NCBI GenBank assembly: GCA_001805965.1
Contig: MHHG01000057.1
Span: 13,514 to 77,513 of the forward strand
Length of the DNA stretch: 64,000 nucleotides
Direction of reading: 5' to 3'
From: Omnitrophica WOR_2 bacterium RIFOXYA2_FULL_38_17
Lineage (GTDB): Bacteria > Omnitrophota > Gorgyraeia > Zapsychrales > Zapsychraceae
The notes below the pieces were generated by a model. That model was not told where the DNA came from. It was given only the letters and a program-made list of their open reading frames with translations, and made no database searches. Below are positions 39,881 to 48,342 of the stretch, one piece after another. Both the position numbers and the translations under genes were made by a program. The first letter of the stretch is position 1; every line of letters begins with the position of its first letter.

Positions 39881-41959
39881 TTACTTTTTGCTCAATTGAT
39901 CTATATTTTTATCAGCAATCATCTTTGGTACGCTGATAGTTATCGAGATATTGCCATCACTTAAGACTTCTTCAGACTCCACTTTAATAATACTTTCAAC
40001 TCCGTCTATATCAACATTATACAGCTCTGAAACTTCCTGCTGAATGCGTTTTAAGGCCATATTCTGCGTCATTTTTCTTTTTATCTCTTCAGTTGAACTC
40101 TTCAAATTTACGACCGGGAACACCCTGGTCATAAAAACTCTTTCTTCCTTTTCTTTCACATTTGGGTCAAAAGAGAACACTTTAATGCTATCTGCCATAT
40201 AATCCGAAACATAAATTTTACCATCATTACTTTCTATTGATGTTAGATTAGGAAAATAGCTTGGGCCCTTTCCGGCAGAACCAAACTCCATGACATATTT
40301 TCCTTTATCGTCGAGGATGTAAATCTTATTTGTTCCTTTATCTGCAATGTAAAGATATCCATTCTCATCTAGAGTAAAGTCAACCGGCTCTTTAAACTCC
40401 ACCTCATCGAGAACGCTGCCTATTACCCTAAGGACCTTTCCATCTTTATCGAATACCTGTATACGCCTATTCTTGTAATCAAGCACATACAATTGGTCCT
40501 TATCATCAAATTCAATATCTTTTGGCAAAAAGAAAGTACCTGGCTCTGCGCCTGATTCTCCGATAGTTTCTGTTAATCTGCCAAACGAGTTAAGATATAT
40601 TCCTTCCTCACTAAAAACCTGTATTCGATGATTCTTTGTGTCCGATACATAAATATAGCCGTCCTTGCTAACTGCAACACCTTGAGGGCTATTAAACTCA
40701 CTCGTATTATTCCCTTTTTTGCCAAAACTATATTGAGATGTCCCATCTTCATTTAAAAACTGTATACGGTTATTTCCTGTGTCGGCAATGATCATTTTCC
40801 CGTCATTATAAACATATATAGTCTTCGGGCCGTTCATGCCCAAAACATTCTCGTCTGCTTTTGCTATCAGTGATTTATTTTCTCCTTTTAGCAATATTTT
40901 CCCGTTAGTGTCAGAAAGCGAATACAAGCCTTTCTTTTTCACAAATCTTATATCAACTATATTTTCTCCAGCATATATGGATGAGTCATAATCCAAAACA
41001 GGTGTAATATATTGAACAGGATGCAGTGATGTTTTGTTGCTACCGCTAACCTGCATCATCTGCACTCTCTTATTTCTAGCATCCGCTATCAAGATCTTAT
41101 CCTTAGATGCGGCGGTGATATTTTCAGGCAGATCAAATTGGCCACGGCCCTCTCCGCGGGACCCGAATGAGAACAAAGCCTTTCCATCCTGATCTAGCTT
41201 AACGATCTTATTTTTATTGCTCTCTATAATGTAAATATCCCCTCGCTCATCAACATCCAATGCAACAGCATAATATAGAGGATTATATCCATTCTCGACA
41301 TTCGTTATATCTATGGCATCATCTGAACCTTGCGGATATTTCACGATCCTTCCACTTTCATTAAAAAGCAAGTACATGCTTTGTTCTTTATCAAAAACTA
41401 TGTCCTTAGGCGTTTCTTCAATTTGCTTTTCACTTAAAAACGCTCCATGAGGGCTAAACTTCAATATTTTATTAGTTTTATCATCAACGACATATATATA
41501 TCCAAGCATATCAATTGCAACATTTGACGGAGACTTAAATTGCCCGGGAACAGAACCTTCATTTCCAAGCTCATACAGAACTTCTCCGCTGGGCCTGAAA
41601 ACCTGCACTCTGTTATTACCTGTATCAGCTACTACAACATCACCCTCCCTTGTTAATGCTATTGTTTTAGGCTTATACATTTGGCCCAACTGAGACCCTT
41701 TTTCTCCGAAAGCCACTTTAAGAACTCCTTCACTGGTAAAAACAGAGATCTTCGCAGTACTTTCATCTAATATATAAACATCCCCTGAAGATGAAACTGC
41801 AATATCAACCGGCTTCTCTATTCCAGATTTTAACTCTCTTATAAAGCTAACCTTTTCCTCACAATTCCCTTTAGAGCTTACAAGAACAAATGTCACTATT
41901 AGAATAGTTAAAATACCGATTTTTGAGGTTTTGATCTGATTCACATGATACCTTTTCAT
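39881..41959 (-). CDS. secreted NHL-repeat beta-propeller protein (about 12 NHL repeats)
   Basis: Signal peptide. Repeated NHL signatures (GQFKSPSNVAID…YVVD; NNRVQVF; NKRVQMM; NNRIQFL; NHRIQVF; NRRIQVF). Confidence 0.8.
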   Translation of the reverse strand: MKRYHVNQIKTSKIGILTILIVTFVLVSSKGNCEEKVSFIRELKSGIEKPVDIAVSSSGDVYILDESTAKISVFTSEGVLKVAFGEKGSQLGQMYKPKTIALTREGDVVVADTGNNRVQVFRPSGEVLYELGNEGSVPGQFKSPSNVAIDMLGYIYVVDDKTNKILKFSPHGAFLSEKQIEETPKDIVFDKEQSMYLLFNESGRIVKYPQGSDDAIDITNVENGYNPLYYAVALDVDERGDIYIIESNKNKIVKLDQDGKALFSFGSRGEGRGQFDLPENITAASKDKILIADARNKRVQMMQVSGSNKTSLHPVQYITPVLDYDSSIYAGENIVDIRFVKKKGLYSLSDTNGKILLKGENKSLIAKADENVLGMNGPKTIYVYNDGKMIIADTGNNRIQFLNEDGTSQYSFGKKGNNTSEFNSPQGVAVSKDGYIYVSDTKNHRIQVFSEEGIYLNSFGRLTETIGESGAEPGTFFLPKDIEFDDKDQLYVLDYKNRRIQVFDKDGKVLRVIGSVLDEVEFKEPVDFTLDENGYLYIADKGTNKIYILDDKGKYVMEFGSAGKGPSYFPNLTSIESNDGKIYVSDYMADSIKVFSFDPNVKEKEERVFMTRVFPVVNLKSSTEEIKRKMTQNMALKRIQQEVSELYNVDIDGVESIIKVESEEVLSDGNISITISVPKMIADKNIDQLSKK

Positions 41960-41996
41960 TTTTTTCTCCTCTCTACAATTAATCCCATAAAAAAAG

Positions 41997-42035
41997 GCCT
42001 ACCCTTTACAAAAAAGGATAGGCCTTTCTTTTTTA
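41997..42035 (-). terminator. intrinsic terminator between riboswitch-2 aptamer and NHL gene (expression platform)
   Basis: GGCCUAUCC…GGGUAGGCC hairpin followed by UUUUUUUAU, then the RBS GAGGAG and the ATG of the NHL gene. Confidence 0.6.
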
Positions 42036-42059
42036 TTATATGAACTACACCATTATTTC

Positions 42060-42145
42060 TTTTCGGCAACTGGCTATCCATGTCTCAGGACCCTTTAGCT
42101 TTGCGTCCCCGGGTTACCCCGAGTTTGCCTTTATCGTTTATGCCC
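42060..42145 (-). promoter_or_regulatory. GEMM-I (c-di-GMP class I) riboswitch aptamer, copy 2
   Basis: Minus-strand RNA reads …CGAUAAAGGCAAAC-UCGGGGUAACCCGGG-GACGCAAAGCUAAAGGGUCCUGAGACAUGGAUAGCCAGUUGCCGAA. P2 has a GUAA tetraloop. Near-identical to copy 1 in the conserved cores. Confidence 0.75.
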
Positions 42146-42347
42146 CCACTTGCACAAACAAAAAAAAGAGGCTAATTCTTTTTTAAGAATCCGCCCCTCT
42201 TTTTCTCAAGTATAGAACGTAAAAAACAAAAATGCAAATTTCTTTCAAAAATATTCTTAAAACACATAACGTTCATTGAACTTTAAGATAAAGCCCCTTA
42301 TATAAATAAGGGGCCTTATCTTGGATCATGATTGTTATACAAAATTC

Positions 42348-42752
42348 CTACTTAGAAACCCAGCTGCCATCTTCTAATTGTATTTTTTCTCCAGCCTCAG
42401 CATTTTCTCTCTGTGTTTGAGCAAAAACCTTTTCTATAGTTCCCATAGCCTCAGTTAGTCCGTTTTGCACAGCAATGGTCCTATAAATAACCTTCCTATC
42501 AATATTCTCGGCAGTTACTATACTTTTAACTTCTTCTGTTGCCGATAAAGCTTCAACATATCCCTTATTATTCTCTCCTATTTTCCCCTCGCTCTTAAGT
42601 GAGCTAAGAGCATCATAACGGTCGCGCCTGCCTTCTAAGGCAGATTGAACTTCTGGCGTCATTTCTTTTATGCTGTATTTGCTTTGAGCTAGTGCCTGCC
42701 CGACAGACAAGGTGATCAAACATGCTAACACTAAAATAATAATTTTCTTCAT
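42348..42752 (-). CDS. ydbL: YdbL-like periplasmic protein (DUF1318)
   Basis: Signal peptide. Conserved DUF1318-like core (RRDRYDALSSLKSEGKIGENNKGYVE). Third gene of a ydbH-ynbE-ydbL-ordered trio. Confidence 0.55.
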   Translation of the reverse strand: MKKIIILVLACLITLSVGQALAQSKYSIKEMTPEVQSALEGRRDRYDALSSLKSEGKIGENNKGYVEALSATEEVKSIVTAENIDRKVIYRTIAVQNGLTEAMGTIEKVFAQTQRENAEAGEKIQLEDGSWVSK

Positions 42753-42765
42753 CTATATATCCTCC

Positions 42766-42987
42766 TTATTTTTTAACAGGTAAAGCTTCTTTAGGCTTCT
42801 TTCCACTAACATAATCTTCAATGTCATTAGCCGTATTTTGCAAACCCTTAACATCAACAGTTATATGCGCATTGATCGTAATTGGCCTGTTTGGATCACC
42901 TACGGCCTTAACTGTACAACCGGCAAAACAAATAGCCAGCAATACCCACAAGATTCTTTGTTTATAAATATAATACATACGCTTCAT
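42766..42987 (-). CDS. ynbE: YnbE-like small lipoprotein (DUF1375)
   Basis: 73 aa with lipobox FAGC. RPITINAHITVDVKG resembles E. coli YnbE EPITINMNVKIEHEI. Confidence 0.6.
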   Translation of the reverse strand: MKRMYYIYKQRILWVLLAICFAGCTVKAVGDPNRPITINAHITVDVKGLQNTANDIEDYVSGKKPKEALPVKK

Positions 42988-42993
42988 CCTTTC

Positions 42994-43992
42994 TTAAGAC
43001 TTTTTAAAAGAATATTTTAATAAATTTCTTATCCCTCCTTCTATATTAAAATCAACGGTTACATTAACATCCAAATTCATTTCTTTACTCTGCAATAAGA
43101 TATTAGAACTAAGGCTTTGATCATTTTCATTATAAACACGCACTTGGCCTTTATCCACCGCAAACAGCTCCCCTCTTTTTATCGCATTAATCAGCTTGTC
43201 AGTCTTCGCTTGATCCGGTATGTAAGCCATTAATGCTGCCAATAAAACTGCATTCAGCTCAGAACCCTGATTCATGTTAAAATCACACTCAATATTCTCG
43301 ATGCCACCCGCCAGACCATTTAAAAATATATTTCCAGATACTTTTCCTTTTACATTTGAAAGAACAGGAGGATAAATATGTTCAAGCATTGCAGAATTTA
43401 AACCTTCAAGCTGTAAATTTATTTTAAAATCCGGCTTATTCAAATAAACATCTGCATTGCCTTTGACAAAACCATCACAAGTTTCAAGATTTATATCAGA
43501 AAGCTCTATTTTTTCTTGGCTTATATTAATCTTAGACGTTGTGTCCTTTGCTATTACCCCTTGTACATCTATTCTCGATACCTTTAAACTTCCTTTAAAA
43601 TTATAACCTTGTTCTTGTTCTAATGTAATATCTGCATCTTCAATGTTTGACCCTTCCGATTTTAAATCCATGCCATTTAAATCGATTATTGAACCAAAGG
43701 TCTTTTCAGAGAACAATTTATACAAATTCACAACCCTAAATTCGTCTATATCAATACCATACAAAACATTATCGGAAACAAGATCCATTTCTATTTTCTT
43801 GATTGTCATCATGCCCAAAAAGCTGAATTTCTGTTGTGATACTTTGAAACTCTTTAAACTGAACCCAGAATCTGGTTGATTCGCGATAAAAGATATCATT
43901 GCAACAGTTGCTTGAGGCTTATTCAGGCCCCAATAAACTGCACCTGCAAACAATAGCAATATTAATAAAAGCCAAATAAATAATTTTTTCAT
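42994..43992 (-). CDS. short YdbH/AsmA-like periplasmic protein
   Basis: N-terminal TM anchor followed by a beta-rich soluble region. Called from its position upstream of the ynbE/ydbL homologs, as in Enterobacteria. 332 aa against about 880 aa for E. coli YdbH. Confidence 0.4.
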   Translation of the reverse strand: MKKLFIWLLLILLLFAGAVYWGLNKPQATVAMISFIANQPDSGFSLKSFKVSQQKFSFLGMMTIKKIEMDLVSDNVLYGIDIDEFRVVNLYKLFSEKTFGSIIDLNGMDLKSEGSNIEDADITLEQEQGYNFKGSLKVSRIDVQGVIAKDTTSKINISQEKIELSDINLETCDGFVKGNADVYLNKPDFKINLQLEGLNSAMLEHIYPPVLSNVKGKVSGNIFLNGLAGGIENIECDFNMNQGSELNAVLLAALMAYIPDQAKTDKLINAIKRGELFAVDKGQVRVYNENDQSLSSNILLQSKEMNLDVNVTVDFNIEGGIRNLLKYSFKKS

Positions 43993-44046
43993 TATGTGAA
44001 ATTTATATCATTTCAACAAAATTTAATAGCAAGCCTGTCTTAAATT

Positions 44047-44703
44047 CTAAGTTTCTTCAGTATCTATCATCCTCTTCGCTCCAAAAACCAACGTAAGCAA
44101 AAAACAAACAATTCCAAGAATATAAAAGAAACCACTATAACGTTCAATCAATAATCCTTTTTCTGTCTTATAAAAATCAGCTTTTTCCTTTTCATACTGT
44201 TCTAGCTCTTTCATCAGCGGCATTCTTTGCTTCCATAGTTCTTTTCCTTCAACATCATCCACAAATCCACCCCGTTCTGCTGCAACCTTCACTTTTTCCT
44301 CCTCTAGAGAAAGCCTTTCTTTTTCTATGGCCCTGCTCTCAGCCAAATAATCTGCATACTTGCCAACTGGACGCGCATTCCCCCAAAACCCTTTTCTTAT
44401 CACCTCATTAGGACCTATTGATTCATAAAGGCGATCATTATCCTCACTCCTTATCTTAAGGTCTTCCTCTTTCTTTTCAATTGAAAGATACCAAGCTCGG
44501 CCATCTTTATCCTTTCCCAATAAAATATCGTATAACTTCCTGTCGATTTTCTCAATTTTACCTTGTAAAACACCTATATTGCTAAATATGGGTGGCGCTA
44601 AGACTTTTTCTGACAAAAAGAATGATATTGGGCACATCAGCATTATTATAATTTGAAACAAACAACCGATCTTAATTCTTTTTTTATTTTGTTTTTTATT
44701 CAT
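44047..44703 (-). CDS. bitopic membrane protein (N- and C-terminal TM, central coiled coil, PVGKY motif); paralog of 45445..46095
   Basis: Same architecture and shared motifs (RPVGKYADY vs APVGKYKKV; KELWKQRMP vs KALWAQRLP) with the 216-aa protein. Confidence 0.4.
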   Translation of the reverse strand: MNKKQNKKRIKIGCLFQIIIMLMCPISFFLSEKVLAPPIFSNIGVLQGKIEKIDRKLYDILLGKDKDGRAWYLSIEKKEEDLKIRSEDNDRLYESIGPNEVIRKGFWGNARPVGKYADYLAESRAIEKERLSLEEEKVKVAAERGGFVDDVEGKELWKQRMPLMKELEQYEKEKADFYKTEKGLLIERYSGFFYILGIVCFLLTLVFGAKRMIDTEET

Positions 44704-44762
44704 AATTAAATCCAGGTATATAGCCAGTTTTGGCTAATTAAAGAACTAGTTCTTACATAATA

Positions 44763-45350
44763 TTATAAATTACAAAAAGGGCAGCGTGTTCGATATTGTT
44801 CATAGTTCAATCCGCATGAACCACAAGCCTTCATTTCTTCGATCTCTTTTTTTTGACTGCCAAATGATTTTTTACCGTATGCTCCGGGATACGCCCTTTG
44901 AACTTCTACCATACAATCCGGGCACATACCATAACCGCCGGATGGGTCAGTTAACGGTAACCTGACATAACATCTGTCACAAAACATCTTTGCGCATTTA
45001 GGACAAAAATAAAAGTCATTGCCGCCCATAAGCACCAAAGATTCACTAGTTGTAGATTTATTGCATGATTCACAACTTGCAGCCATTATCATCTCAGGAG
45101 TAACTCTTAGAACAGATTTTCTAGCATCATATATTATCTCTACATCATGGCAATATGGGCTGTTCAAATAACCATTAACTTCCTCTTCCATATGGCAAGT
45201 GCCAAAATTACTATAATCCCTAGCCGTTGATGAACTCTTATATCTCACAATAACTACATAGCCATCCCTCTTAGCCATCTCATTAGCGATCTCAGGATCC
45301 GTTTTTCCAGGATATTTCTCTCTTAGGTACTCTATGCCGATAGAGCTCAT
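44763..45350 (-). CDS. cytoplasmic multi-zinc-ribbon protein
   Basis: At least three CxxC…CxxC pairs (CPKCAKMFCDRC; CPDC; CGSCG…CPFC). Confidence 0.45.
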   Translation of the reverse strand: MSSIGIEYLREKYPGKTDPEIANEMAKRDGYVVIVRYKSSSTARDYSNFGTCHMEEEVNGYLNSPYCHDVEIIYDARKSVLRVTPEMIMAASCESCNKSTTSESLVLMGGNDFYFCPKCAKMFCDRCYVRLPLTDPSGGYGMCPDCMVEVQRAYPGAYGKKSFGSQKKEIEEMKACGSCGLNYEQYRTRCPFCNL

Positions 45351-45444
45351 AACAATCCCCTTTCAGCTAAACTTTGACACAAATAAAATACTTTCAAGAT
45401 TTGTTTCTTCAATTTAATATCTTTGGTTTATTTTTCAATAATGA

Positions 45445-46095
45445 TCAGTCCGTTATACCAGCAAAACCGGTCATAGCACCTAAAATACCTAACACTCCTA
45501 AGATAATAAAAAAGCCACTAATAAAATTATTTAATCTTCCCTTTGGGGATTTATTATATTCCTCTATTCGTCCCTCATATTCATCAATATCCTTCACAAA
45601 AGGTAGTCTTTGAGCCCAAAGAGCTTTAACTTCTTCATTGTCAACAAGCGGCCCTCTTTCTTTAACAATGCGATTCTTTTCACTTTGCCATTTAATACGA
45701 TCTTTGGCTATTTGCTCCCTTAATTTAACCACTTTCTTATATTTTCCTACGGGTGCCAATGAACCAGAACCTAATCCTTTTTTAATGATCTCCCCTTCAG
45801 GAATTGAATCGTAAAGAATATCTGCTTGCTGTGTCTTCCAATTCAGATCAAAATCCTCTTTTTTTATCGCTGCATATAGGTCCGCCTTCTCAATATCAAC
45901 TCTCTCAAGAACTTCATATAATTTTTCATATATTTCTGAAATTTTAGAAATTTGAGGGCTAATGTTTCCAAATGAAGGACGCTGAAACTTAGGAAAGATA
46001 TTAAATGATATAATAACTGTAACAATAGAGATTATAATGACTAAACATCCAAACTTTTTATTTTTTTGTCTTTTGTTTTTAATTATTGTTCCCAA
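45445..46095 (-). CDS. bitopic membrane protein, paralog of 44047..44703; first gene downstream of riboswitch-like element 3
   Basis: N-terminal TM, coiled coil, PVGKY motif, C-terminal TM. RBS AAGGAG. Confidence 0.4.
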   Translation of the reverse strand: MGTIIKNKRQKNKKFGCLVIIISIVTVIISFNIFPKFQRPSFGNISPQISKISEIYEKLYEVLERVDIEKADLYAAIKKEDFDLNWKTQQADILYDSIPEGEIIKKGLGSGSLAPVGKYKKVVKLREQIAKDRIKWQSEKNRIVKERGPLVDNEEVKALWAQRLPFVKDIDEYEGRIEEYNKSPKGRLNNFISGFFIILGVLGILGAMTGFAGITD

Positions 46096-46246
46096 AGCAT
46101 TCTCCTTTTATACATAATAATTTCAAAAGCTATAACCCCTTCACTGGTCATTAACAATTGAAATTGAAACTTCAATCAGTATATTCTATATATTCACAAG
46201 TATATTAGCAATCGCTATTTATGTACTTTGGTCAAGATCAAATGGC

Positions 46247-46286
46247 AAAAAAAATACCCCTAGGTCCCTAGAGGTTATTTTTTTTA
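46247..46286 (-). terminator. intrinsic (bidirectional-looking) terminator between element 3 and the 216-aa gene
   Basis: A8, hairpin ACCCCUAGG/CCUAGAGGU, then T8. On the minus strand the hairpin is followed by U8. Confidence 0.5.
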
Positions 46287-46290
46287 AATT

Positions 46291-46472
46291 AAGCCGATAA
46301 AGATGGGATCTGTGTCCCACCGCACTTCGGCAACTCAGCCACCATATCGCCCGTCAACCGCGCTCATTATCTTTATTTGCCCCATAACTTCAGTGGGCCT
46401 TCCCGGTCTTAAACGACTTCAGGTCTGTAGTTTTGTGCCCTCGGGTTTCCCGGAGTTTACCTTTATCGGCTT
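46291..46472 (-). promoter_or_regulatory. divergent GEMM-like riboswitch element, copy 3 (expanded P3, altered core)
   Basis: Enclosed by a 12-bp helix AAGCCGAUAAAG/CUUUAUCGGCUU. It contains CGAUAAAGGUAAAC, a GAAA-capped hairpin, GGGCACAAAAC in place of GGGACGCAAAGC, and the 3' GCUGAGUUGCCGAA. Confidence 0.4.
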
Positions 46473-46656
46473 AGTTCAAATATAACATATAAAACCTCGT
46501 CTTACAAATGAACAACACAAATTTTTTATTAATCTGACCTTTTTTCATGCAAAATTTGAGCCTAAACCACGTCGATAATTGAAATTCTCCTATAAAATTA
46601 TTAAAAATTGATTTAGAATGATAATAAAGAATAATACTTTATAGGAGAATATTAAT

Positions 46657-47856
46657 ATGAGAAGCATTGAGACCTTAGAGCAATTTTATGAACTAATGCA
46701 CGAGACAAAATCAACCAGAAGAGTATTATCCTGCCTTCATTTTAGGAATGAACCTTATTCAGATGCCCATATTGCACCTCTTAAGGAAGCATTAATGTAT
46801 TTAAATAGGATTCCGGAAGCAAATGGTCAAAAATGCCTTAAAATTAATGATAAAAAAACCATCCATCTTGACCTTGCATATGAGATCGGGGAGCTAAAGA
46901 AGGATATTTTTTTTCTTGAAAATAACGAGCCTGATTTCTTTAAAATGCTTTCTAACCTTCATGAAAACTTTAACAAAGAAGTATCAGAAGGCGTTAACAA
47001 ATTAAAAGATATCCATTTCAAGGTATTTATTACAGATCGCGATGGGACTGTTAACAATTATTGCGGACGGTATGCCTCTTCTATCCAGTCCGCATATAAT
47101 GCAGTTTTCCTATCGCGCTTTGCACAATGCTGTGCTGATAATTCAATAATCCTTACATCTGCTCCTCTTGATAACATCGGGCTTGTGGATCTAAGCGTAT
47201 CCCCAAAGAATGCTTTTGTCTTTGCAGGATCAAAAGGCCGTGAATACTTCAATAAAGAAGGCAGAAGGTGCCAATTCCCTATTGCCCAAGAAAAGCAAAA
47301 TATCCTCAATATACTCAATGAAAGATTGGGCAAGCTTGTAAAAGAACCAAAATACCTGCAATTTTTCTTAATAGGCTCAGGACTACAATATAAATTTGGA
47401 CAGACAACCATAACAAGGCAGGATATTACCAAGACAATTCCTGAAGATGAATCCTTAGCCTTTAAAGAAACTATCGAAAACATTATTAAAGAGATCGACC
47501 CTGAAAGTAAATATTTTAGAATTGAAGATACCGGAAAAGACCTTGAACTTATATTGACCATTCAAAGCAGCAATGATTCTAAAGATCTCAAGGACTTTGA
47601 TAAAGGCGATGGGGTCCTTTTCCTTAATAACGATTTAAAATTAGGTATGGAAGCCGGCCCCAATCTTATATGCGGAGACACAAGCTCGGACATACCAATG
47701 ATATCATCTGCAATTGATAAATCCGATGATGTCTATTCGATTTTTGTAACTAAGGATGATGCTTTAAAAGAAAAGGTTAAAAACACCTGCAGGAATTCAA
47801 TAATAGTTTCTGAACCCGATATCTTAGTAACTATACTCAATAATTTAGCGCAATAA
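46657..47856 (+). CDS. HAD-superfamily phosphatase (trehalose-6-phosphate-phosphatase-like) with N-terminal extension
   Basis: HAD motif I FITDRDGTVNNY and motif IV ICGDTSSDIPM. Confidence 0.5.
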   Translation: MRSIETLEQFYELMHETKSTRRVLSCLHFRNEPYSDAHIAPLKEALMYLNRIPEANGQKCLKINDKKTIHLDLAYEIGELKKDIFFLENNEPDFFKMLSNLHENFNKEVSEGVNKLKDIHFKVFITDRDGTVNNYCGRYASSIQSAYNAVFLSRFAQCCADNSIILTSAPLDNIGLVDLSVSPKNAFVFAGSKGREYFNKEGRRCQFPIAQEKQNILNILNERLGKLVKEPKYLQFFLIGSGLQYKFGQTTITRQDITKTIPEDESLAFKETIENIIKEIDPESKYFRIEDTGKDLELILTIQSSNDSKDLKDFDKGDGVLFLNNDLKLGMEAGPNLICGDTSSDIPMISSAIDKSDDVYSIFVTKDDALKEKVKNTCRNSIIVSEPDILVTILNNLAQ

Positions 47857-47858
47857 AA

Positions 47859-47890
47859 AAGGGGACAGAGCTTTGGCTCTGTCCCCGATA
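47859..47890. terminator. bidirectional intrinsic terminator between the convergent HAD and PilZ genes
   Basis: GGGGACAGAGCUUUGGCUCUGUCCCC, a perfect 11-bp stem, flanked by an A6 and a U-run on the minus-strand side. Confidence 0.65.
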
Positions 47891-47900
47891 AAACAATATA

Positions 47901-48287
47901 TTAGCTTTCCCCTTCTTTAGCCAACCACATTTCAATCTCTTTATAGAAAGCCGCTCTTTCCTCTTCTCCCTCTATCTCTATCTTCACTGCAGTTTCAAAG
48001 AAATTTGCCAATTTCCTGGAACTCTCAGACCTAACAACTACCCCAACATAACCACTTTCCATATGCATTAAAGGATTACTGACTTTCATCGTCAGGGTTG
48101 CACCCACCGTATACTGTTTTTGAGAATTAAAACATATGCCTGTAACACTGATGTTAGTGGAAGTAGCAACTTCCCATCCATCAACCTCAGGCACTGGGTC
48201 AATCTGCTTAAACCGTATAAGGTGCGGCTTAGTGATCCTTTTTCCTACCCTTTTATGATCGTATTCAGCCATATTCTTTACTCCCAT
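47901..48287 (-). CDS. PilZ-domain protein (putative c-di-GMP receptor)
   Basis: RxxxR (KRVGKR) and N-x-S-x-x-G (NISVTG) motifs about 25 residues apart in a 128-aa protein. Confidence 0.6.
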   Translation of the reverse strand: MGVKNMAEYDHKRVGKRITKPHLIRFKQIDPVPEVDGWEVATSTNISVTGICFNSQKQYTVGATLTMKVSNPLMHMESGYVGVVVRSESSRKLANFFETAVKIEIEGEEERAAFYKEIEMWLAKEGES

Positions 48288-48342
48288 TTTATAATTTTAA
48301 AAACAACATTTATATTATAACTGAAAAATCAAAATTTACGAA

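Noticed and set aside
39527-39964. 145-aa and 108-aa plus-strand ORFs over the Cys-rich lipoprotein gene
   Set aside because: Antisense to a minus-strand gene with lipobox and RBS. Cys/Phe-rich translation reflects the complementary strand of a Cys-rich gene.
46291-46302. The terminal 12-bp complementary arms of element 3, considered as inverted repeats of a miniature mobile element
   Set aside because: The arms are complementary in the RNA-helix sense and enclose a GEMM-like core. No target-site duplication or transposase is present. A structural RNA stem is the simpler explanation.
47058-47561. 167-aa minus-strand ORF inside the HAD-like gene
   Set aside because: Antisense shadow of the better-supported plus-strand CDS with HAD motifs.
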